Made by a program: the position numbers and the translations under genes
Part shown: in pieces, positions 1 through 7,259 of the stretch
How positions within the stretch are numbered: position 1 is the first letter of the stretch
Layout: each line of letters begins with the position of its first letter
DNA from: Archangium sp.
GTDB taxonomy: Bacteria; Myxococcota; Myxococcia; Myxococcales; Myxococcaceae
NCBI GenBank assembly: GCA_031367385.1
Contig: JANLPS010000143.1
Coordinates: 1 to 16,599, forward strand
Direction of reading: 5' to 3'
Length of the DNA stretch: 16,599 nucleotides
Notes under the pieces: model-generated
Databases searched by the model: none
The model's input: the letters and a program-made list of their open reading frames with translations, nothing else
What the model was told of the DNA's origin: nothing

Positions 1-726
1 CAATCTCAGCCGCGACCGCCGCCAACTTGTCATCGGTGCCCGAGAGCCGTGCCTTCGCCGCTCGAGCCGAGCGGCATCGAGCTCCTGCTGAAAGCCGGTG
101 CGCCAGGCTTTCAGCCGCCGCTGCAACGTTCGCGCAGACCAATTCAGGCACTCGGCCACGAACGCCACGTCAGCCTCGCGATAGTGCGTCGCCAGCACCT
201 CGCGCACGCGGGCCAGCTCAGGCGCGACGCCGTTGACTGATTCTCGAAGGCGCTCCCACTCGCGGTGAACGGCGGGCTCAACCTCGAGCCACCGCGCGGC
301 CTCGGTCGCATCGGCGAAGGTCTTCGAAGGGTAGGGCGGAGGCTGCAACGCAAAGAACCCCGCCACCACTGCCCCCGCCACGCCCGAGGGCCGCACGACC
401 GCCTCTCGCGCCGTAATCTCAACCTGCCGCGGCTCGACCTCTTTGAGAAACTCACGCATCAACACAAAGGCATCGCTGTCGACCCAAGTCAGACCGGTCA
501 GGTCCATGAAGGCGTGGTGTCGCACGGCCTGGGGGCGCATCTCGACGCGCAGCACCTCGATGAACCGTCGGGTCTGCTCCGCGTTCGGCCGCCCCCACAG
601 GTACCCGCCGTACAAAGAGTCGCTCTGGCACAGAGACAAGAAGCACTGGCCGCGCACGTAGAGGCCGGCCGGGTTGGCCGCATACTCAGCAAGCGACTCT
701 GCTTCTCGAAGCGCGGCGAAAGCCAT
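1..726 (-). CDS. AraC-family transcriptional regulator (3' end runs off the window; apparent 1-nt frameshift at ~55-62)
   Basis: Not in the ORF track because it is open at the window edge. Manual translation from ATG 726: MAFAALREAESLAEYAANPAGLYVRGQCF...LWGRP...ADVAFVAECLNWSARTLQRRLKAWRTGFQQELDAARLE, then in a shifted frame AKARLSGTDDKLAAVAAEI. Both halves match the AraC double helix-turn-helix pattern. Confidence 0.85.
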   Translation of the reverse strand, partial: MAFAALREAESLAEYAANPAGLYVRGQCFLSLCQSDSLYGGYLWGRPNAEQTRRFIEVLRVEMRPQAVRHHAFMDLTGLTWVDSDAFVLMREFLKEVEPRQVEITAREAVVRPSGVAGAVVAGFFALQPPPYPSKTFADATEAARWLEVEPAVHREWERLRESVNGVAPELARVREVLATHYREADVAFVAECLNWSARTLQRRLKAWRTGFQQELDAARLERRRHGSRAPMTSWRRSRLRL

Positions 727-838
727 GACCGCTGCGAAGCCTACGCCATCGCGCCAAACGGTTCAGAAATCGCGCCACCCCGCGACCGGGGGCAGGCGGG
801 CCTCGATACTCACAGCTCCTCACACCGTTGGAGTCACC

Positions 839-1522
839 ATGCGAGTCGCAGGTTGGTCAGGCATTCTCTTCGTCGTTCTCTCGGGCTTCTTGCTGCTGCT
901 CGCGCCGTTCTGGCCTCCGGTCGGCGCCAGCGCCGAGAGCATCGTCGCCTTCTATACCGCGCACCGCAGCGCCTTTCTCTTCGGCAACGCGCTGGCCATC
1001 GCCGCGGCGATACCGTCGTTCGTGCAGATCTCCGTACTGGCGATGCTGATCAAACGCGCCGAAGGGCCCGCGGGCTGGCTGTGGCTGGCGGTGGTCGCTG
1101 CCGCCCTCGTCGCTCACGGCGTCGGAGCGCTCGCGCTCATCGCCTACCAGGCCGTGCCGTTTCAACTGGGTGAGGGCCAGCTCGCCGTCGCAAAAGGCCT
1201 CTCTGACTTCGGCGGAGTCGCCTTCGCCGCGACCATCTTCGCGATGGGCGGCTTCGCTGGGTTCACCGCCTGGGCGATCAAAGCGACGAAGGTGCTCCCC
1301 GCGTGGGTCGGCAGCTTCGGCGGGGTCACCGCCGTGGTGTGCGCGGCGTGCGGCGGCATTGGGCTTTTGACGGCGTCAGAGCCCCTGCTGGCCGGCGGAG
1401 GCCTGGTCGAGGTTGGCGCGCTCGGGTTGTTCTGCGGCTGGTGCCTGGCCATCTCGGCCGTGTTTCTTCAGCGCAAGAACGCGAGCAGCTTCTCGTTCAC
1501 CACGGCCGGCGCGTCGGCGTGA
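839..1522 (+). CDS. Integral membrane protein, ~6 TM helices (DUF4386-like)
   Basis: ATG 839 preceded by GGAG (830-833), in frame with ORF 674..1522. Repeated hydrophobic helices, 'SAESIVAFYTAHR' loop and 'VLPAWVG' motif. Divergent from the AraC gene. Confidence 0.75.
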   Translation: MRVAGWSGILFVVLSGFLLLLAPFWPPVGASAESIVAFYTAHRSAFLFGNALAIAAAIPSFVQISVLAMLIKRAEGPAGWLWLAVVAAALVAHGVGALALIAYQAVPFQLGEGQLAVAKGLSDFGGVAFAATIFAMGGFAGFTAWAIKATKVLPAWVGSFGGVTAVVCAACGGIGLLTASEPLLAGGGLVEVGALGLFCGWCLAISAVFLQRKNASSFSFTTAGASA

Positions 1523-2340
1523 ACGAAGTGCCCGGCGTTCTCGATGCGCTCGATTCGAAGCTTCGGAGCGTACTTCTCGATGCCCGGCACCACGTCGTCG
1601 TACCCGAGCGCCTTGTCTTTCATGCCCCAGATCAGCAGCGTCTCGACGCTGATCGGCGTCAGGGTCGGGGGTTTGAACAACCCTGCGCGAATGCTGGTGC
1701 GGTACCAGTCGACCATCGCTTTGGCGGCTCCGGGGCGCTGAATGTCGTCTCGAAAGGGGCGCAGCTCGTCGACCGAAAAGTTGGTCTTGTCGATGGCCGA
1801 GCCGCGAATCATCGCTACCACGGCGCCGGCGTCATTTCGGGTCAGCACCCACTCCGGCACCGCGGGGAGCTGAAAGAAGAACATGTACCAGCTCTTGGCG
1901 AGCTGCCGCAGGTTGAGCCGCTTGACCATCACCTCGCGCATCACCGGCGTCGGCGGGCAGTTGAGCACTGCCAGCCGCTCGCAGAACTCTGAGCGCTCGG
2001 CCGCCAGGTGCCAGGCCGTCGCGCCGCCCCAGTCATGACCGACGATGCGCACCTTCTTCTCGCCACCGAATGACGAGATCAGGTGGCAGACATCACCGGC
2101 GATGGTGTCGAGGTCGAAGGGGCCGTTCTTGTCAGTCGCTCCGTAGCCGCGCAGGTCGGGGGCGACCACGCGAAACCCGGCGTCGGCGAGGGGCTTGATC
2201 TGGTGACGCCAGCTCCACCAGTTCTCGGGGAAGCCGTGCAGCAGCATCACCACCGGGCCCGTACCGGCGGTGACGTAGTGCATGCGGAGCGTGGGGAGGT
2301 CGATGAAGTGGTGCTCGACAGCAAGGTCGGCCGGAGTCAT
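1468..2340 (-). CDS. Alpha/beta-fold hydrolase, epoxide hydrolase type
   Basis: HGFP oxyanion motif, DLRGYG, nucleophile GHDWGG, cap tyrosines (SWYMFFFQ, DWYR), WGMKD acid and GHFVH catalytic His. Start placed at ATG 2340 (MTPADLAVEHHF). Confidence 0.92.
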   Translation of the reverse strand: MTPADLAVEHHFIDLPTLRMHYVTAGTGPVVMLLHGFPENWWSWRHQIKPLADAGFRVVAPDLRGYGATDKNGPFDLDTIAGDVCHLISSFGGEKKVRIVGHDWGGATAWHLAAERSEFCERLAVLNCPPTPVMREVMVKRLNLRQLAKSWYMFFFQLPAVPEWVLTRNDAGAVVAMIRGSAIDKTNFSVDELRPFRDDIQRPGAAKAMVDWYRTSIRAGLFKPPTLTPISVETLLIWGMKDKALGYDDVVPGIEKYAPKLRIERIENAGHFVHADAPAVVNEKLLAFLR

Positions 2341-2506
2341 GCCAGGTCTTCTAACCCCGGCGGCACCCGAAGAACCGTAAGACTCTGACGCAAAAGCCGT
2401 GATCCTCGCGTCGTGGTCACCGCATTGAATTCTCACTCCTTGAGACTCGCCCTCGGAGCCGTCTGCCGCGTGGTGCATGGCCCCACCCTTGCTGGTGGGC
2501 CGCGCC

Positions 2507-3022
2507 ATGAATGCGCTTCTCCTTCTTGTCGCCCTCTCGTTGCCGGCTCAAACCGAGCCATCTGCTGAACCCCCGGTGCACGTCGGTGTTTCGCTCGGCG
2601 TTGGGCATGACTGGGCCGGGCTCGGGGTGCGTGGCGAGGTCTCGTACAAATCACTCTCGGCGTCGGCGAGCGTTGGCACTCTGGTGTTTGGGCCGTCAAT
2701 CGACTTTGCGGTGGGCTTGCGCTGGTACCCGCTGGGCATGGTGCGGCACAGCCTGTTTCTCGGGCCGCATGCCTCGACGTATCTCTTCGCCTACCCGACG
2801 TTGCAGCCGGGGCTCTACGCGGTGGCCGTGACGGTCGGGTATCGCTTTCAGGCAGACCACTTTTTCTTCGAGGTGAGCGCGGGGCCAGCCGCGGCGTGGG
2901 TCGACGTCGGTACCGGCTCAGGGCCACGAGAGGGTCAGCCCCACTTTCAGTTCGGCGGCGGCGCGCTCGGGTCGTACTGGTACATTCCCGACGTGGGGCT
3001 GGCGGCAGGGTGGCGGTTTTGA
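2507..3022 (+). CDS. Small putative outer-membrane beta-barrel protein, paralog 1
   Basis: Hydrophobic N-terminus (MNALLLLVALSLPA), alternating beta-strand patterns (FAVGLRWY, AVTVGYRF) and C-terminal GLAAGWRF resembling a BAM beta-signal. Confidence 0.75.
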   Translation: MNALLLLVALSLPAQTEPSAEPPVHVGVSLGVGHDWAGLGVRGEVSYKSLSASASVGTLVFGPSIDFAVGLRWYPLGMVRHSLFLGPHASTYLFAYPTLQPGLYAVAVTVGYRFQADHFFFEVSAGPAAAWVDVGTGSGPREGQPHFQFGGGALGSYWYIPDVGLAAGWRF

Positions 3023-3528
3023 ACGGCCTGCTCCTCATCGCCGCGCTCTCGCTGCCGGCTCAAACCGAGCTCGCCTCTGAAGCGCCCTGGCAGGGCTCGC
3101 TCTCTCTGGGAGTCGGCCACGAGTGGGCAGCGTTCGGCGTACGCGGCGAGGTCTTGTACAAATCGTTCTCCGCGTCGGCCAGCATCGGCAGCTGGGGCCC
3201 CTTGGCGGTGCCATCACTCAACTTCGCGATCGGCGTTCGGTGGTACCCACTGGGCTTGGGGCGGCACAGCCTGTTCTTGGGCCCACATGCCTCGGCGTCA
3301 CTCTTCCCCGCGGAGCGGTTTCGGCCATTTCTGTACGCGGTGGCGGTGACGGCGGGGTACCGGTTTCAGCTCGAGCACGTCTTCTTCGAGGTGAGCGGGG
3401 GGCCGGCGGTGGCCTGGTTCGATGCCGGGTTCGGCGAGCGCCCCCGGTTCGAGTTCAGCCCCGGCGCGCTTGGGCAGGGGGGCTGGTACATCCCCGATGT
3501 GGGGTTGGCGGTGGGGTGGCGCTTCTAG
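3019..3528 (+). CDS. Small putative outer-membrane beta-barrel protein, paralog 2
   Basis: TTG start at 3019 overlaps the upstream TGA (TTGA). Colinear with paralog 1 from the first residue (LNGLLLIAALSLPAQTE ... WYIPDVGLAVGWRF). Confidence 0.75.
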   Translation: MNGLLLIAALSLPAQTELASEAPWQGSLSLGVGHEWAAFGVRGEVLYKSFSASASIGSWGPLAVPSLNFAIGVRWYPLGLGRHSLFLGPHASASLFPAERFRPFLYAVAVTAGYRFQLEHVFFEVSGGPAVAWFDAGFGERPRFEFSPGALGQGGWYIPDVGLAVGWRF

Positions 3529-3537
3529 GCGATCGGC

Positions 3538-4548
3538 CTAGGCAGTCGTCAGCGCCTGGGCGAGCACGCGCAACCCGAGCAGTCCAACGATTAATGACAA
3601 GAAGACGTAAAACGTTCGACGGTCTCCGGTGCTCGGTGGCGCTGACCAGAATCGCCGTACCAGCAGCCCCGCGCCCGCGAGCCCAGCCATCGGAGAGACC
3701 ACCAGTACGCCTCCCGCAAGGGCGACGACTCCGAGCGCCAACTGCTGCCGTGCGCTCAGGCACGCCGCGGCCCGGCTGCCATCGAGCTGCCAGACCGGGA
3801 GCAGGTTGAAGAGGTTGATTTCAGCGATGATCACCGCGGCGCCGCACAGCCACTGCTGGTGCAGCACTGCCCCGACCACCAGCACCAGCACGCCGGTCAC
3901 CGCGCCCCACAGTGGCCCCGAGAGCGCGACGTCGCCAATCGCTGCGGCGCTCTTGGGGTAATGCGAGCCACGAACGAACGCTCCCAGGCCGGGCACGAAC
4001 ATCGGCGACGAGACCGTGATGCCATAGCGTTGAAACGCGAACGTGTGCCCCATCTCGTGCACGTAGACGCTGCCCAGCACGACGAGGGCGAGGCCGATGC
4101 CGTTGGTGCTGTCGCTCCAGAGGGCGGCGCTGGCGAAAAAGGTGAGCAGGGTCGGCAACTTGAGCAACCCCACCAGCAGCAGCTTGCCCTTGCTGAGCAG
4201 CGCTACCAGCGGAGCGCCGAGCTTCCACGCGGCGAGCCCGAAGGCTCCCAGGCCCGCGACCCAGCGAGGGGCTTTGGCCGGGGCGCCCGGGGTACCGACG
4301 GTTCGGCCCTCGAGCGCGGCGATGCGTGCGCGCACGGTGGCGGCCTGGTTCGAGGCCGAGGGGAGCAGGGGCTCCATCTCACGCAGCTTGGCCAGGGCGT
4401 CGATCAGGGCACCGCTGGCCTCGAGGGTGTCAGCGCTGCGCACCAGCTCGGTGAGCCGGGCTTCGTGAAACAGCGCATGGCACTTCGGGCACGCGGCGAA
4501 GTGCTCTGGCGCGGTCGTGCCACAGCGGCGGCACGTCAACACGCTCAT
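3538..4548 (-). CDS. Site-2 protease (peptidase M50) with N-terminal zinc ribbon
   Basis: HEMGH zinc motif in a TM segment, VALSGP and FNLLPVWQLDG third-ligand motif. N-terminal CRRC...CPKC followed by a helical segment. Confidence 0.92.
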   Translation of the reverse strand: MSVLTCRRCGTTAPEHFAACPKCHALFHEARLTELVRSADTLEASGALIDALAKLREMEPLLPSASNQAATVRARIAALEGRTVGTPGAPAKAPRWVAGLGAFGLAAWKLGAPLVALLSKGKLLLVGLLKLPTLLTFFASAALWSDSTNGIGLALVVLGSVYVHEMGHTFAFQRYGITVSSPMFVPGLGAFVRGSHYPKSAAAIGDVALSGPLWGAVTGVLVLVVGAVLHQQWLCGAAVIIAEINLFNLLPVWQLDGSRAAACLSARQQLALGVVALAGGVLVVSPMAGLAGAGLLVRRFWSAPPSTGDRRTFYVFLSLIVGLLGLRVLAQALTTA

Positions 4549-5213
4549 GACGCGGGAGGCGCCTCGGCTTCGACGGCGGGCATCGGTACCGGGGCGGCTG
4601 CGCCGATCTCGAAGGGCCCTTCGACGACGATCTTGAGCGGAGCGGGTTCACGCCAGCCACGCCAGACTCCGAAGGCGAGAATGATGAGCCCCAGCGGGCC
4701 CATCGACCCTGAGAACGGCATCGCCAGCACGAGCACCGGAGCGATGAAGAGCCAGGCGATGAGCGGCAGGTGATCGGGCTCGTTGAGCGCCTCGGCGATC
4801 AGCGATGGCGCGTAGGCCATGGTGCACCAGATGTAGGTGTGCAGCGCGCCCATGACCTGGTAGCCGCGGCCGCCGAAGCCGCCCGAGCCACGTCGAACGC
4901 CACGGCCGACGAACCAACCGATGAAGATGGTGATGAGGGCGAACTCGATGTGCAGAAAGTAGATGACCAGCGCATAGCCCGCGGCCCCGAGCGCTCCCGC
5001 CGCCGAGCCGAAGAAAAACGCTTTAAGCATGCGCAGAAACGAACCCTCTTTGGGCGCGCCAGAGCTCAGAGACTGGGCGCAGGTGCCGCAGAGCACGGCG
5101 GGCCCGGCGGTCCAGTACTGGGCTCCGGTGGCGAGTGACTTCTGGCAAGCCGCGCACGCAGTGCTCTCGGGAGCGGGCTTCGACGCATCGAACGTGGCTT
5201 CGCTGAAGTCCAT
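4545..5213 (-). CDS. Membrane protein with N-terminal CxxC...CxxC zinc finger
   Basis: Start ATG 5213 (MDFSEATF), CAAC...CGTC, then 4-5 hydrophobic helices. Its stop overlaps the M50 start (ATGA at 4548-4545). Confidence 0.8.
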   Translation of the reverse strand: MDFSEATFDASKPAPESTACAACQKSLATGAQYWTAGPAVLCGTCAQSLSSGAPKEGSFLRMLKAFFFGSAAGALGAAGYALVIYFLHIEFALITIFIGWFVGRGVRRGSGGFGGRGYQVMGALHTYIWCTMAYAPSLIAEALNEPDHLPLIAWLFIAPVLVLAMPFSGSMGPLGLIILAFGVWRGWREPAPLKIVVEGPFEIGAAAPVPMPAVEAEAPPAS

Positions 5214-5310
5214 GTGTGGGCGCGCAGACAAGCAGCTCACGATTCGAACCGCAATCAACCCCAATCAACGGGTGATTCGAGCTCGGCACGCATGGCGTAG
5301 AGTGGCTGCA

Positions 5311-6021
5311 GTGTTTCGCTCGACCGCACTGATTCTTCTGCTGACGGCTTGTGTCGAAGGCCCGTCGAGCGGGTCACCCGATGCGGGGCACGTGCTCAGC
5401 GCCGCCTTGCGCGCCTGTGCCGGCCGACCCGCCAGCGCCGCCACGATTTCGGCCTTCGTGAATCACATCAACGCGCTGCCAATGCCAGTCACGGTGCCGT
5501 GCGCCGTCGCCAGCCTGAAACGGCCCCTCGACCTCGTCGCCACCAACAGCATCAGCAGCGCTCAGCCCGCCGTTGGCTCTCGCAACCCACGCATCTTCTT
5601 GCTCTCTGTGGGCCTGGCGCTGTCGGTCGTACCCGAGGGCACGGGCGCCGAATTGATCGAGCTCGGAGAATGGGTCACCGCGATGCGCACCGAGAAGGGG
5701 GAGCTCTCGTTTCCCGTCACCGAGCCAGTGCCTGTCGAGCTGCCACGCAGCCGAGTGCTCTTCACGAGCACCTCGACGACCTGTGGCCTGTGCCACAACG
5801 CCGAGCAACTCGATTCGCCAGACGCCGGGCGCTTCGTCTCAGACGCATTTCGGCCTCGCGACGAGACCCTGGTGCCGCTCTCGCTGCTGATGGCCGAGCA
5901 CGAGGCCTGCGCTTCGACACCTGACGCTGGAGCGCGCTGCGAGCTGTACCACGCGCTCTTCGACTTCGGGCTCGTGCGGGCCTCAGCCTTCGATTCGCGC
6001 GTGAACGTGTTCGGTCACTGA
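5311..6021 (+). CDS. Putative lipoprotein with one CxxCH (possible monoheme c-type cytochrome)
   Basis: GTG 5311 gives (M)FRSTALILLLTA-C with a lipobox. Contains CGLCH, further Cys residues and three PDAG motifs. Confidence 0.7.
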   Translation: MFRSTALILLLTACVEGPSSGSPDAGHVLSAALRACAGRPASAATISAFVNHINALPMPVTVPCAVASLKRPLDLVATNSISSAQPAVGSRNPRIFLLSVGLALSVVPEGTGAELIELGEWVTAMRTEKGELSFPVTEPVPVELPRSRVLFTSTSTTCGLCHNAEQLDSPDAGRFVSDAFRPRDETLVPLSLLMAEHEACASTPDAGARCELYHALFDFGLVRASAFDSRVNVFGH

Positions 6022-7259
6022 ACGCAGAGCCGCCCGGCCTTGAACACCCAGCGCACGTCATTCATCGCGAACCGGTACGGCAGCTGCCGGTAGCTCGCCG
6101 ACCCGAACACCGCGACATCGGCCGGGCCTCCGACGAACAGCCTCCCCAGCCGGTCATCGCGCAGGGCCAGACCGCCCACCCGCGTGAACCCCAGGTAGGC
6201 CTCGGCGGGGGTCAACCCGTTCTCGACGCACGCCAGCCCCAGCGCCAGTGCCACGTTCTGCGACATCGACGAGCCGGGGTTGCAGTTCGTACACAGCGCG
6301 ACCAGCACCCCCGCATCGCGCAGCGCACGGCCCGGCGCGTAGGGCTTGACCCGCGCGAACAGCGTCGACGTCGGGGCCAACACGGCCACGACCCGGGCCT
6401 TGGCCAACGCCTGAACACCTGCGGTTGAAATCTGCTCGAGGTGGTCAGCCGTCACCGCCTCGAGCTCGGCCGCCAGCTCGGCACCGCCATTCGCGGTCAT
6501 TTGGTCGACGTGCAGCCGCAGCCCGAGCCCCAATGCCCGCGCCTTGACCGCCAACCGCCGCGCCTCGTCATGGGTGAACGCCGATTGCTCGACGAACGCG
6601 TCACAGCAACTGGCCAGCTTCTGGGCGGCCACCCGAGGCAGCATCTCTTCGAGCACGAGCTCGACGTAGGTCTCTCTGCGCTCTTTGTACTCGGGAGGCA
6701 GTGCATGCAGCCCCAGAAACGTCGAGTGCAGGCTCACTGGCTGCTCCCCGGCCAGGCGTCGCACCGCGCGCAGCATTCTCAGCTCGGTCTCGACCTCGAG
6801 GCCGTAGCCGCTCTTCACTTCAGCGGTGGTGACGCCGTGCTCGAGCAAGCGCCTCAGGCGGGGCAGCGCACTCGAGACCAGCGCGTCTTCGGTCGCCTCA
6901 CGGGTCGATTTCACCGTGCGGGCGATGCCACCACCGGCGGCGGCGATCTCCAGGTACGACGTGCCCTGACAGCGCTGCTCGAACTCGTCGGAGCGCTCGC
7001 CCGCGAACACCACGTGCGTGTGGCAGTCGACGAACCCGGGCCCGGCGAAGCCCCCTTCGGCATCGAGCACCTGAGTCGCCTCGGTGACCAACCCCGCGGG
7101 CAGCTCGTGCTCGGGGCCAAGCCACGCGATGCGCCCACCCACCATGCCCACTGCGCCGTGGGCGATCGGGGCGAGGGCCTTTTCAGCTTTGCCGCGCAGG
7201 TCGCCGTCACAGGTCACCACCTCGGAGGTGTTGCGAATCAGCACCTCGAGGGGGCCCAT
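6015..7259 (-). CDS. hutI: Imidazolonepropionase
   Basis: PGFVDCHTH, GERSDEF, SYLEIAAAGGGI, GVTTAEVKSGYGL, LHVDQ, ADHLE and NPGSS motifs of HutI amidohydrolases. Confidence 0.93.
   Translation of the reverse strand: MGPLEVLIRNTSEVVTCDGDLRGKAEKALAPIAHGAVGMVGGRIAWLGPEHELPAGLVTEATQVLDAEGGFAGPGFVDCHTHVVFAGERSDEFEQRCQGTSYLEIAAAGGGIARTVKSTREATEDALVSSALPRLRRLLEHGVTTAEVKSGYGLEVETELRMLRAVRRLAGEQPVSLHSTFLGLHALPPEYKERRETYVELVLEEMLPRVAAQKLASCCDAFVEQSAFTHDEARRLAVKARALGLGLRLHVDQMTANGGAELAAELEAVTADHLEQISTAGVQALAKARVVAVLAPTSTLFARVKPYAPGRALRDAGVLVALCTNCNPGSSMSQNVALALGLACVENGLTPAEAYLGFTRVGGLALRDDRLGRLFVGGPADVAVFGSASYRQLPYRFAMNDVRWVFKAGRLCVQ

Larger units (their letters stand above)
2507..3528 (+). repeat. Tandem gene duplication (two ~510-nt units)
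   Basis: Shared DNA blocks such as tgccggctcaaaccgagc, gcggcacagcctgtt, ttcttcgaggtgagcg and tggtacat-ccc-ga occur at equivalent positions in both units. Confidence 0.95.

Noticed and set aside
265..1173. 302-aa + strand ORF
   Set aside because: Arg/His-rich shadow of the AraC gene and out of frame with the membrane protein.
2431..2445. TCTCA-N5-TGAGA palindrome in the divergent intergenic region
   Set aside because: Only 5-bp arms, a single occurrence and no cognate regulator identified.
2341..2508. N-terminal extensions in the ORF track (hydrolase to 2508; also 674, 2896, 5029, 12008, 14313 starts)
   Set aside because: They overlap divergent or upstream genes and precede the recognisable domain or signal peptide; downstream starts fit better.
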